Below, one piece after another: positions 1 to 8,572 of a stretch of DNA of 64,000 nt. The DNA lies in NCBI GenBank assembly GCA_016194745.1, contig JACQBA010000013.1:320822-384821 (forward strand), given 5' to 3'. The DNA is from Elusimicrobiota bacterium (lineage in GTDB: Bacteria; Elusimicrobiota; Elusimicrobia; UBA1565; JACRDR01). How positions within the stretch are numbered: the stretch's first letter is position 1; each line of letters opens with the position of its first letter. The notes beneath the pieces were generated by a model. The model worked only from the letters and a program-made list of their open reading frames with translations, searched no databases and was not told the DNA's origin. The translations under genes and the position numbers were made by a program.

Positions 1-1
1 C

Positions 2-739
2 GTGCGCGCGTCCTACTACGATGAGGCGAAGGAGCAGGTCGACCATCTCTACGACGCCGGCGCGCCGAAGATCGCGGTGCTCTATCAGAACGACGCGTTC
101 GGGAACGCGGTGCTCGAAGGCGTCAAGAAGGCGATGAAGGCTCACGGCGCCGAGCCGGTCGCCTTGGGCTCCTTCCCGCGCGGAACGCTGGACGTCGATG
201 AGGGCATCAAGTCGGTGAAGTCGGCGAAGCCGGACGCCGTCGTGCTCGTCGGACCCTACGCGCCGCTCGCGGAGATCGTCAAGCGCGCGAAGGCCGGCGG
301 ATTTAGCCCCCTGTTCACCACCGTCTCGTTCGTTGGAACCGAGGCATTCATCAAGGCCTCGGGCAAGGACGGCGAGGGCACCGTGATCACGCAGGTCGTC
401 CCTCCGCCGGACCGGACGGACCTCAAGACCGTAGCCCTGTACCGCAAGCTCCTCAAGGAGAAGGAAAAGGACGCCGAGCCCAACTTCGTGAGCCTCGAAG
501 GCTTCGTCGACGCGATGGTGATGGTCGACGGCCTTCGCAAGGCCGGCAAGGACCTCACGCGCGAGGGCTTCATCGACGCGATCGAGACGATCAAGGACTT
601 GGACATGGGACTCGGCAAGAACCTGATGATCAGCTACGGACCGGACGACCACGAGGGCTTCAAGCAGCTCTATCCCACGGTGGTCAAGGACGGAAAGGCC
701 GTCGTGTTCACGGACTGGAAGTCCGTGCTGCCGAAATGA
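2..739 (+). CDS. Periplasmic substrate-binding protein (type-1 PBP, Liv/ANF-receptor-like), 5'-truncated by the window edge
   Basis: Translation is lysine/aspartate-rich and non-shadow, with PBP-like motifs ([26 protein letters not shown]). Its stop overlaps the MCP start (ATGA at 736-739). Confidence 0.6.
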   Translation: MRASYYDEAKEQVDHLYDAGAPKIAVLYQNDAFGNAVLEGVKKAMKAHGAEPVALGSFPRGTLDVDEGIKSVKSAKPDAVVLVGPYAPLAEIVKRAKAGGFSPLFTTVSFVGTEAFIKASGKDGEGTVITQVVPPPDRTDLKTVALYRKLLKEKEKDAEPNFVSLEGFVDAMVMVDGLRKAGKDLTREGFIDAIETIKDLDMGLGKNLMISYGPDDHEGFKQLYPTVVKDGKAVVFTDWKSVLPK

Positions 740-2277
740 CGAACATCGGCGGCATCAAGAAACTCGGGCTCACGGCGAAGCTGACGATTCCGTTCGCCTG
801 CATCCTTCTGACGACGGTAGCGGTGCTGGGCGGCGTATTCGTCAGCAGCAGCAAACAGAACCTCAACTCCAGCCTTCAGAAGAAGGGCGAGATCCTCGCC
901 CGCAACCTCGCGACCGCCTTGAGCGATCCGTTCTCCATGGGCGAATACGACCATATCCAGCGCCTCCTCAAGGAGGCGCACGACGCCGACACCGACATCG
1001 TCTACGCCACGGTGGTAGGACAGGACGGCAAGTGCATCGCGAGCACGGAAGAGAGCCTCAAGAACCAAACTCTCAACCGCACGGACCTCGAGCTGGCGGC
1101 GCTCAAGACGATGGAATTCACGCGCCGCGATACGCAGCAGCCGAGCATCTTCGAACTGGACACGCCGATCAAGTTCCAAGCGAACCGGCTGGGCGTGCTC
1201 CGCATCGGCGTCTCGACGTCGGCGGCCGACCGCGTGGTCTCTCGGGCGCAGGTCACGTTCACGCTCATCGGAGCCATCGCGCTCGTGCTGGGCGTGCTCA
1301 TCTACGTCTACGTCGCGCGGCGCGTCGCGGCGCCTCTCGTGGCGGCGGTGGTGCGTCTCGAGGAGCTCGCCGCCGGCGGCGCGGACCTGAACGTCCGCCT
1401 CCCCGTCGAGTCCGAGGACGAGGTCGGACAGCTGTCGAAGGCGTTCAACACGTTCCTGGACAGCTTGAGCCGGCTGGTGGACCAGGTCCGCGGCGCGTCG
1501 GAGCAGGTCGGCGGATCGAGCAAGACGCTGACCGAGATCACGCAGCAGTCCTCCGCAAATCTCAGCCAGTCCGTCCAAGTCATGAATCAGGTGTCGCAGA
1601 GCACGGGCCAGGTGGCGCAAAGCGCCCAACTCGTGGCCACGGCGACGCAGCAGGCCGGATCGAACGCCCAGCAGGGCGGAAAGCTCGTGTCGAAGGTCGT
1701 CGAACGCATGAAGCTGGCCGAAGCCTCCGTCGACGCCGCCGCGGGCTTCATCCATGAGCTTGGAAAACGATCCGACCAGATCGGCAAGATCGTCGACGTC
1801 ATCACGAAAATCGCCGACCAGACGAACCTTCTCTCGCTCAACGCGGCCATCGAAGCCGCGCGCGCGGGCGAGGCGGGCCGCGGATTCGCGGTCGTCGCCG
1901 AAGAGATTCGAAAGCTGGCCGAGACGTCCGCCGACAGCACCCAACAGATCACGAACCTGATCCGAGAGGTCCAGGACCAGACGCGCAACGCGATCCAGAC
2001 GACGGAGAAAGGCAACAAAGAGGTGGCCGAAAGCTACAAGATCACCTTGGAGGCCGAGAAGCTTTTCTCCGAGATCGCCCGAGAGGTCGGCCAAATCAAT
2101 ATGCAGATGTCCCAGGTCGCCTCCAATACCCAGCAGGTCGCGGCGTCGACCGAGGAAGCCACCGCCTCGAGCGAGGAGCAGTCCGCGGCGATCGAGCAGA
2201 TCGCCACGAACGCCCAAGAGCTGTCGCAGATCGTGCAGAAGCTTCGCTCGATCGTCGCGCAGTTCAGGACCGGCTGA
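736..2277 (+). CDS. mcp: Methyl-accepting chemotaxis protein (TM1, ~150-aa periplasmic sensor, TM2, HAMP, MCP signalling domain)
   Basis: Two hydrophobic segments flank a periplasmic region. HAMP is followed by a Q/S/A-rich methylation region and the conserved signalling tip ([32 protein letters not shown]). Confidence 0.9.
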   Translation: MTNIGGIKKLGLTAKLTIPFACILLTTVAVLGGVFVSSSKQNLNSSLQKKGEILARNLATALSDPFSMGEYDHIQRLLKEAHDADTDIVYATVVGQDGKCIASTEESLKNQTLNRTDLELAALKTMEFTRRDTQQPSIFELDTPIKFQANRLGVLRIGVSTSAADRVVSRAQVTFTLIGAIALVLGVLIYVYVARRVAAPLVAAVVRLEELAAGGADLNVRLPVESEDEVGQLSKAFNTFLDSLSRLVDQVRGASEQVGGSSKTLTEITQQSSANLSQSVQVMNQVSQSTGQVAQSAQLVATATQQAGSNAQQGGKLVSKVVERMKLAEASVDAAAGFIHELGKRSDQIGKIVDVITKIADQTNLLSLNAAIEAARAGEAGRGFAVVAEEIRKLAETSADSTQQITNLIREVQDQTRNAIQTTEKGNKEVAESYKITLEAEKLFSEIAREVGQINMQMSQVASNTQQVAASTEEATASSEEQSAAIEQIATNAQELSQIVQKLRSIVAQFRTG

Positions 2278-2289
2278 GCAGGGTACGCG

Positions 2290-3375
2290 CTACGGTTTGG
2301 AGTTGATGCCGGCGAGCTTGCGCGGCGGATAGCCGACACGCACCCAGACCTCGCCGGTCGCGGTGAAGAGCTCCACGGTACGTCCCGTGACGCCTCCCAC
2401 GTCCTCCTCGAGGCAGCGGATGCCGGTCTTCTTGAACTGTTCGCGGGCCACTTCCATGTTGCGCTTGCCGACCTGCAGGTGCGGGTTGGCGAGCTTCGGG
2501 AACATGTTCGCGCCGCCGACGAGCCATCCGACCAAAGTGGCCGGGGACGCGTTGATGCGCTTGAGCAGCGCCGGGATGGCGATGTCCGCGTATTTTCCCG
2601 GCCTCGCCGAGACCGACTTGTCGACGGCGGAGGCCAGCGGCAGCATGACGTGCGCCAGGCCCCCGGTCTTCGTCTTCGTGTCGTAGAGGATGACAGCCAT
2701 GCACGAGCCGAGACTGGCCACCTTCAGGATCGACGGGCTCCGGGCGACTTGGACGTCGCCCATCGCGACGTCGATGCGCGACACCGGCGACTGAGCCATG
2801 AGCACGTCGACGTGGGCGACGGACTCGCGCGTCAGACACATCATGAAATAGCCCTTCGAGTTCCACCCGGGACAGATGATCTCCGCCTGGAAGACCACCG
2901 GCTCGCCGGGCGCCGCCGCCTGCGGAAGAAGCAGCATGTTCCAGATCGTGGCGAACGTGTCGCGCACGAGCTTCGGGGGCGCAGTGAAGATGTTGAGCGC
3001 GAGCGATCGAGAGGGCAGGCCGATGACGCCGCTTCCGAAGACGTTGCCGGCTTCCTCGATCGCCGAGCCGTAGAGGTCCTGCTTCTTGTCCTTGATCGGC
3101 TGCCCTTGCCCGATGAGCGTCGCCGCCAATCGATCGGCGTCCGCCTCGGGAAACATGAGCAGCATGTTCCCGTAGACGTCTCCGGTCAACCCCAGGAACA
3201 CCCCGGCCATCTGCGCCGTCGGCGACGCGAAGCCCGGAGGCCGTCCCTTCTCCATGACCGCCAGGTGGACGGGCGTGGGATGAAATGAGAGCCCGGGCGC
3301 CATGCGGGATAGCCCGTGTGAGGCGTAGATGAGTCCTTCGTTTAGAGTCTTCGAGAACTGATCAAGATTATTCAA
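2290..3375 (-). CDS. cheCD: CheC/CheX-like phosphatase domain fused to CheD chemoreceptor glutamine deamidase (TTG start)
   Basis: The N-terminal half has CheC-like motifs (EAGNVFGSGVIGL). The C-terminal half is CheD-like (LGSCMAVILYD...GGLAHVMLP). The reverse complement of the start region gives TTG-AAT-AAT-CTT (MNNL). Confidence 0.75.
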   Translation of the reverse strand: MNNLDQFSKTLNEGLIYASHGLSRMAPGLSFHPTPVHLAVMEKGRPPGFASPTAQMAGVFLGLTGDVYGNMLLMFPEADADRLAATLIGQGQPIKDKKQDLYGSAIEEAGNVFGSGVIGLPSRSLALNIFTAPPKLVRDTFATIWNMLLLPQAAAPGEPVVFQAEIICPGWNSKGYFMMCLTRESVAHVDVLMAQSPVSRIDVAMGDVQVARSPSILKVASLGSCMAVILYDTKTKTGGLAHVMLPLASAVDKSVSARPGKYADIAIPALLKRINASPATLVGWLVGGANMFPKLANPHLQVGKRNMEVAREQFKKTGIRCLEEDVGGVTGRTVELFTATGEVWVRVGYPPRKLAGINSKP

Positions 3376-5380
3376 AGAAGACTCTCACCTCGGCGTCGTG
3401 GTGAAGAGGAGAGGTAAAGCCCGCGCTCTCGCCGTTGATGAGAAGACGGAGCCGCTTGCCGGGCACGGCCGACAGATTCATCGGGACGTGGCGGAACAAG
3501 TCGAACAGCATGACCCGCTCGCCGGGACCCGCGGCCGGCTGCAGGACGATCTCCTCCCCGTTGAGGCGCACGCGCAGGGAGTTGAAAGGCAACGGCGCTT
3601 CGGGCAACGGCTCGGGAAACGGCAGGGACGGCTCCGACACGCTCACGTCGAGCTGGTCGCCGGCGCACAGCACCGAACTCCTGGACGCCGGAGCCCCGTT
3701 GAGAAGGACCTTCAGCGTCACGGACGAACTGTCGTGGCGATGGCCCCGCGAATGGTGCATGAACTTCTCGGCGGCCTCCCACGCGGTCGCCGGAGAGTCC
3801 CACGCGATGCGAGCGCGATCCGGGAGCTCCGCGTCCAAGTTGCAATGCGCGCCGTCCAAGAGCGCGTTCGGGAAGACCGTCTGCAGGTCCCCGTTGATGC
3901 GCACTTGGACCGCCGCCTCGGCGAGCGCCTCGCGCAGGGTCGCGATGCCCTCGGCCCCAGAGGAACCGGGTTCGAACTTGATCCGGTCGTTCTCGCGCAG
4001 TTCACGGTCCAAGCCCGCCGGCTGCCCGTTGACGGAGATGCGGCCCCGGCTGCCGGGGAATCCGCGCACGGCGCGCACCTTTCCATTCAACGTATACGTA
4101 CGCGCGGGACCGGGCCGGCCGTAAATCTGGTCGGGGGGCACGCCCGCGGCGACGAACGCCGCCTGCACCGTCAGCGTCGCCCCGCTGTCGAGCAGATGGA
4201 CCGGCTTCTCATTGAGATACACCCGGCGAAACCGCAAGCCCGCCTTGTCGCGCGCCACGAGAGCAATCCCGAGCGGCGTCACGGCCTGAGGCGTGCTCAT
4301 CGCGGGCGATGCCGACTGGATCGAAGGAGCGCGGAAACCCACTCTGTCCCGTTCGATGCCGAGAGCGTCCGAGATGGCGTCCTCGATGCCCGGCGTGAGG
4401 CTGCCTCCTCCCACGCAGACAACGAGCTGCGGCGCCTGTCCTCCCGCGAGATCAAGGATGTGCGCGGCGATCTGACGGGCCAGCTCCTTTACGGCCGGCT
4501 CCAGGCCGCGGCGGATCTCGGCGGGGGCGAAGTGCCTCGGACGATGGAAAAGGTCCAGCGCTTCGATCGGGCCCTCCGACGCCAGCGAGCACTTCAGGCG
4601 TTCGGCGGTGAAGAAATCGACGAGGCATTGGTCGCTGATCCGATCCGTCACGAAGTCGCCCGCCATCGGCACCATGCCGAACGCCCGGACGCGTCCTTCG
4701 CGGACGATCGCGATATCAGAGGTCCCCGCGCCGATGTCGACGAGCGCGAGATGGAAGCGGCGCAGCCCTTCGGGAACCGCCGCCTGCAAGGCCGCGATGG
4801 GCTCGAGCGTCACGCACAGGGCCTCCAAGCCGGACGCCTCGAGCACGCTGAAAAGACTGTCGAGCACGCGTCGCGGCAGGAACGTGGCCAGCACCTCGGC
4901 CTCGAGCGTCTCTCCGACGTGGCCGACCGGCTGCGATAGCGTCTCCCCGTCGAGCGAGAACCACGTCACGACGTAGCCGACGCATTGATGATACTGCGCG
5001 CTGGCGTCCGAGGGCCCGAGCTGCCGCTGGGCCTCCTGCAGCGCCTGCTGCACGCACCATTGGGAGTCCTCGGCGGTCACCTGCTGGGGACGCGCGAACG
5101 GGAGCTTGGCGCGCCCGCGGACGGTCTTGAGATTGCGTCCGGCGACCGCGACCGCCGCCTTGGTCGGGATTTTTCCGCAGCGCGCCTCCAGCGCGGCGAT
5201 CGTTTCGCGGACGACCGCCGCCACTCGCGGCACGTCCTGAATCTGCCCGGCGCTCATGGAGCGCGTCGGATGCTCCACGAGCTCCGCGTCGTCCACGACC
5301 ACGCCGTCTCCTTCCGCTCGGGCGAGCAGGCCCATCACCTTGCGCGTCCCGATGTCCAGCGCGAATATCCTTTCCGTCAT
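3368..5380 (-). CDS. FtsA/PilM/EutJ-like actin-fold (ASKHA) ATPase with ~290-aa C-terminal extension of tandem beta-grasp (ThiS/MoaD- or S4-like) repeats
   Basis: The N-terminal FALDIGTRKV is an actin-fold phosphate-1 motif. LALVDIGAGTSDIAIV and VVCVGGGSLTPGIEDAISDALG match FtsA/PilM phosphate-2 and adenosine motifs. The C-terminus carries 5-6 repeats with an hxhxhNGxxh...GDxhxh pattern. The ATG overlaps the cheA stop (ATGA at 5377-5380). Confidence 0.6.
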   Translation of the reverse strand: MTERIFALDIGTRKVMGLLARAEGDGVVVDDAELVEHPTRSMSAGQIQDVPRVAAVVRETIAALEARCGKIPTKAAVAVAGRNLKTVRGRAKLPFARPQQVTAEDSQWCVQQALQEAQRQLGPSDASAQYHQCVGYVVTWFSLDGETLSQPVGHVGETLEAEVLATFLPRRVLDSLFSVLEASGLEALCVTLEPIAALQAAVPEGLRRFHLALVDIGAGTSDIAIVREGRVRAFGMVPMAGDFVTDRISDQCLVDFFTAERLKCSLASEGPIEALDLFHRPRHFAPAEIRRGLEPAVKELARQIAAHILDLAGGQAPQLVVCVGGGSLTPGIEDAISDALGIERDRVGFRAPSIQSASPAMSTPQAVTPLGIALVARDKAGLRFRRVYLNEKPVHLLDSGATLTVQAAFVAAGVPPDQIYGRPGPARTYTLNGKVRAVRGFPGSRGRISVNGQPAGLDRELRENDRIKFEPGSSGAEGIATLREALAEAAVQVRINGDLQTVFPNALLDGAHCNLDAELPDRARIAWDSPATAWEAAEKFMHHSRGHRHDSSSVTLKVLLNGAPASRSSVLCAGDQLDVSVSEPSLPFPEPLPEAPLPFNSLRVRLNGEEIVLQPAAGPGERVMLFDLFRHVPMNLSAVPGKRLRLLINGESAGFTSPLHHDAEVRVFFE

Positions 5381-7149
5381 ACCAGCCCCCGCACGTCGAG
5401 GATAAGCACCACTCGGCCGTCGCCGAGAATGGTGCAGTTGCTCACGCCGCGCACGTGGCGGAGCAGTCCGCTCAGGTTCTTCATGACGATCTCCCGCCGG
5501 TCGACGACCTCGTCTACGAACATGGCCGCCTTGCCGCGAGCGACGCGGATGACTACGCCGTAGCCGCCTTCCGGGCGGATCCCTCCCTCGAACTCCGAGA
5601 GGCCGAACACCCGACGGACGTCCACCATGGGGACGACTTCCCCCCGCAGCGAGATGACCGGCGCCTTGTCGACGGTCTTCGTCATCACGACATCGAGCGA
5701 GACGAGCTCGAGCACGTCGGCGATGGGTAGAGCGAAGGTGTCTTTGCCGACGCGCACGAGCAGCGCTTGAATGATCGCCAAATTGAGCGGGAGGAACAGG
5801 GAGACCCGCGATCCCTTCCCCAGGGTCGAGACGATCTCGAGGCGTCCGTTGACGCTGTCGATCACGCGCTGGACGACGTCCATCCCGACGCCGCGGCCCG
5901 AGATTTCCGTGACCTTCTCCGCGGTCGAGAATCCCGGGTGGCAGACCACGTAGAGGATGTCCGCGTCGGACGTCCGCGCGGCCTCGTCCTCCGTCATCAC
6001 GCCGCGGCTCACGGCCAGCTGGCGGATGCGTGCCGGGTTCATGCCCTTGCCGTCGTCGACGACCTCGACCACGGCGTAGCCCTGGTCCCGGCGGGCGCGC
6101 AAGATGAGCTTGCCTTCTCCGGACTTTCCCGCCTTGACCCGCTCCTCAGGCGTCTCGATGCCGTGGTCGATGGCGTTGCGCAGCAGGTGCACGAGAGGCT
6201 CGTTGATGTTATAGAGGAGAAGCCGGTCGACCGAAATCCCCTGGTCCTGGATCTCGAAGTTGATCTTCCGCTTGAGCTGGTTCGACGTGTCGCGCACGAT
6301 GCGCCGATAATGCTCGAAGATCTCGGACACCGGCACCGTGCGCGTGTCGAGCGCCTCCTGCTGGAGCTGCTGGACGAGCCGCTCGAAAATCTTCAGCTCA
6401 TCCTCGATGACGCCGACGCGCAGCGTCTGCGCCTGCTGGATGAGCCTGGCCTTGGAAATCGTTAGCTCCTCGACCAGGTTCATGATGTTGTCGAGATGCT
6501 TGAGCCCGACGCGCACGGTGGTCCGCGACGAGGAATCCTCGGCGACCGCGGTGCCGGGCGCTTTCGCCTCGGGCGCGGGCTTGGGAGCCTCGGCAGCGGG
6601 CTTCGGCGGCTCGGTCTTGGCCGCCGGCGCGGGAGCCGCGGACGCGGGAGGCGTGAACGTCCCTCCCCAGGCCGCCTCGGGTGACACGGCGCGCGACTCC
6701 GGATCGGGCTTGGCGGGCGCGGGAGCCGCGGCGGCGGCGGCGGGAGCCGCGGCGTCTCCGGCGGCCGGGGCGGCGGCGGCGGCTTTGAGCCGCGCCAGCG
6801 CCGGAGCGATGTCGATCCCGAGCTCCTTGCCTTCCCGGACCTCCGCCAGAAGGCTGGCCAGCACATCCACGCACGCCAGCAGCGCATCGAACATGGCCAG
6901 CGTCGCCTTCCCTTCTCCTTTCGACAGCGGATCGAGGCAGTCCTCGACCGCGTGCGCCAGCTCGGTCATCTTCTGCAGACCCATCGTGGCCGCGTTGCCC
7001 TTCAGGGTGTGAACGTGCCGGAAGATGGCATGCAGCAGTTCGACGTTGCCGAGGTCCTTTTCCAGCTGCACGAGGGCCTTCTCGGTCTGCCCGAGGAGGT
7101 CCTCGGCCTCGCCGATGAATACGTCCTTGAACTCGGAAAAATCGGTCAT
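5377..7149 (-). CDS. cheA: Chemotaxis histidine kinase CheA (Hpt, Pro/Ala-rich linker, dimerisation, HATPase_c, CheW-like; no recognisable P2)
   Basis: The Hpt motif is HAIFRHVHTLKGNAATMG. The kinase core has NAIDHGIE, DDGKGM and GRGVGMDVV, and the C-terminus is CheW-like. The ORF track extends far upstream (874 aa of Arg-rich junk); the plausible start is the internal ATG at 7149, overlapping the cheB stop. Confidence 0.9.
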   Translation of the reverse strand: MTDFSEFKDVFIGEAEDLLGQTEKALVQLEKDLGNVELLHAIFRHVHTLKGNAATMGLQKMTELAHAVEDCLDPLSKGEGKATLAMFDALLACVDVLASLLAEVREGKELGIDIAPALARLKAAAAAPAAGDAAAPAAAAAAPAPAKPDPESRAVSPEAAWGGTFTPPASAAPAPAAKTEPPKPAAEAPKPAPEAKAPGTAVAEDSSSRTTVRVGLKHLDNIMNLVEELTISKARLIQQAQTLRVGVIEDELKIFERLVQQLQQEALDTRTVPVSEIFEHYRRIVRDTSNQLKRKINFEIQDQGISVDRLLLYNINEPLVHLLRNAIDHGIETPEERVKAGKSGEGKLILRARRDQGYAVVEVVDDGKGMNPARIRQLAVSRGVMTEDEAARTSDADILYVVCHPGFSTAEKVTEISGRGVGMDVVQRVIDSVNGRLEIVSTLGKGSRVSLFLPLNLAIIQALLVRVGKDTFALPIADVLELVSLDVVMTKTVDKAPVISLRGEVVPMVDVRRVFGLSEFEGGIRPEGGYGVVIRVARGKAAMFVDEVVDRREIVMKNLSGLLRHVRGVSNCTILGDGRVVLILDVRGLV

Positions 7150-8204
7150 CGGGGCGCGAGCTCCTCGACGCGCTTGACGCTCGCGACGATGGCCCCGGCG
7201 ATCTTGTCGATCGGCAGGATGTGGTCCACGAGGTTCGCGTCGGAGACCGCCTTGGGCATGCCGTAGACGAAGCTGGTCTTCTCGTCCTGGGCGATCGTAA
7301 TGCCGCCCCCTTCCTTGATCTTGCGCATTCCCTCCACCCCGTCCGAGCCCATGCCGCTCAGGACGACTCCGATGCAGCGCCGACCGTACAACAAGGCCGC
7401 CGTCGCCATGCTCGCATCGATCCACGGCTTGATGTTGATCGGCGACGCGTTCGTCGTGGACTGCCCCACCGCGCCCCAGCCGCCGCGCACCCACTCCACC
7501 TTGAGGATGTCGTCGCCGGGAGCGACGTACACGGTGCCCTCGACGAACACGTCGCCGGGATTGGCGACCTTGACGCTGATCTCGGAGATCGACGCGAGAT
7601 GAGACGTCATCTGGCGCGTGAAGGCGATGGGAAGATGCTGCACGATCAAGATGGACGCCGCGAGGTTCTTCGGAAGTTTCGGGACGATCTCGCGAAGGTG
7701 CACCGGACCGCCGGCGGAGGAGCCGATCACGACCATCGTCTTGGCGAGCGCGAGTTTCGCCGGCCTGGACGGCGTCTTGGAGAAAAAGGGTTTGAGCTTG
7801 GATTCGTCGATGCTGCCGACCTCGCGCACGCGCGCCACGAGCGCCTCGCGAAACTGAGCCGCGCTGCCCTCGGACTGAGTGGGCTTGACGATGCAGTCGA
7901 TGGCGCCGCTGTCGAGCGCGCGCATGGCGACGGCGCTCTCCGGCTGCGCGACCGAACTGAGGATGATCACGCGGCGGGAGTGCTCGTGGACGAGGTGCCA
8001 AAGGACCTCGAGGCCGTCCATGTCCGGAAGGATCACGTCGAGGGTCACAACGTCGGGATGGAGGGACGCCGCGAGGGCGATCGCCTCCTTGCCGGTTTTC
8101 GCCATGCCGACCACCTGGATCTCGGCATCGCTCTGGAGCGTCTTGGTGACGATCTCCTGCATATAGGTCGAGTCCTCGACCACCAGGACACGGACTCGCT
8201 TCAT
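7146..8204 (-). CDS. cheB: Protein-glutamate methylesterase CheB (REC + methylesterase)
   Basis: MKRVRVLVVEDSTYMQ...DVILPDMDGLEV is the REC domain. The methylesterase domain has GSSAGGP...QHLP and GMGSDG. The start was chosen at the internal ATG 8204, abutting the cheY stop. Confidence 0.9.
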   Translation of the reverse strand: MKRVRVLVVEDSTYMQEIVTKTLQSDAEIQVVGMAKTGKEAIALAASLHPDVVTLDVILPDMDGLEVLWHLVHEHSRRVIILSSVAQPESAVAMRALDSGAIDCIVKPTQSEGSAAQFREALVARVREVGSIDESKLKPFFSKTPSRPAKLALAKTMVVIGSSAGGPVHLREIVPKLPKNLAASILIVQHLPIAFTRQMTSHLASISEISVKVANPGDVFVEGTVYVAPGDDILKVEWVRGGWGAVGQSTTNASPINIKPWIDASMATAALLYGRRCIGVVLSGMGSDGVEGMRKIKEGGGITIAQDEKTSFVYGMPKAVSDANLVDHILPIDKIAGAIVASVKRVEELAPR

Positions 8205-8572
8205 GAAAGGACTTTCGTGATCGCCTTCTCGATCTCCGTCCAATCCACCGGCTTGTGCACGATCGCGGAGACGCCGAGCTCCTTCGCCTGATCGATCTCC
8301 GAGCTTCCGTAGAGCGCGCTCACCACCACGATCTTGGCTTTCGGATCCATCGCATACAGCGCCTTGATCGCCTCCACGCCGCCGCCGTCCGGCATGACGA
8401 TGTCCATCGTCACGACGTCCGGTTTCACCTTCTTGTACAGATCGACCGCCTCCGACGGCCCTGACGCAGACCCTACCACGTTGAAGCCGTGGGTCTCTAA
8501 CATACGCTGGAGGATCATGCGGGCGTACGTGGAATCATCGACAATGAGAACGCGGCGTGTTGAAGTTGTCAA
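8201..8572 (-). CDS. cheY: Chemotaxis response regulator CheY (TTG start)
   Basis: Single REC domain of 123 aa (VLIVDDSTYAR...DVVTMDIVMPDGGG...KIVVVSA). The start-region reverse complement reads TTG ACA ACT TCA. Confidence 0.85.
   Translation of the reverse strand: MTTSTRRVLIVDDSTYARMILQRMLETHGFNVVGSASGPSEAVDLYKKVKPDVVTMDIVMPDGGGVEAIKALYAMDPKAKIVVVSALYGSSEIDQAKELGVSAIVHKPVDWTEIEKAITKVLS

Noticed and set aside
670-2217. 515-aa ORF on the minus strand antisense to the MCP gene
   Set aside because: Arg/Gly/Leu/Asp-rich low-complexity translation typical of GC-rich shadow frames. The MCP on the opposite strand has clear conserved domains.
3398-4939. 513-aa plus-strand ORF antisense to the FtsA-like gene (also 3435..4124 and 3372..3845)
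   Set aside because: Arg-rich shadow ORFs with no motifs. The minus-strand frame carries ASKHA ATPase motifs.
3368-5380. Interpreting the FtsA-like protein as the genuine cell-division ftsA
   Set aside because: There are no ftsQ/ftsZ/mur/ddl neighbours and the C-terminus is a 290-aa repeat tail instead of the FtsA membrane-targeting helix. The gene is stop/start-coupled on both sides to che genes.
6540-6800. Highly repetitive GC-rich stretch (gcggcggcgg..., regular spacing) inside cheA considered as a possible CRISPR/tandem repeat
   Set aside because: It is in-frame coding sequence for the Pro/Ala-rich CheA interdomain linker. No spacer/repeat periodicity and no cas genes.
7221-8291. 356-aa plus-strand ORF antisense to cheB/cheY
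   Set aside because: Shadow frame; the composition is His/Arg/Asp-rich nonsense.
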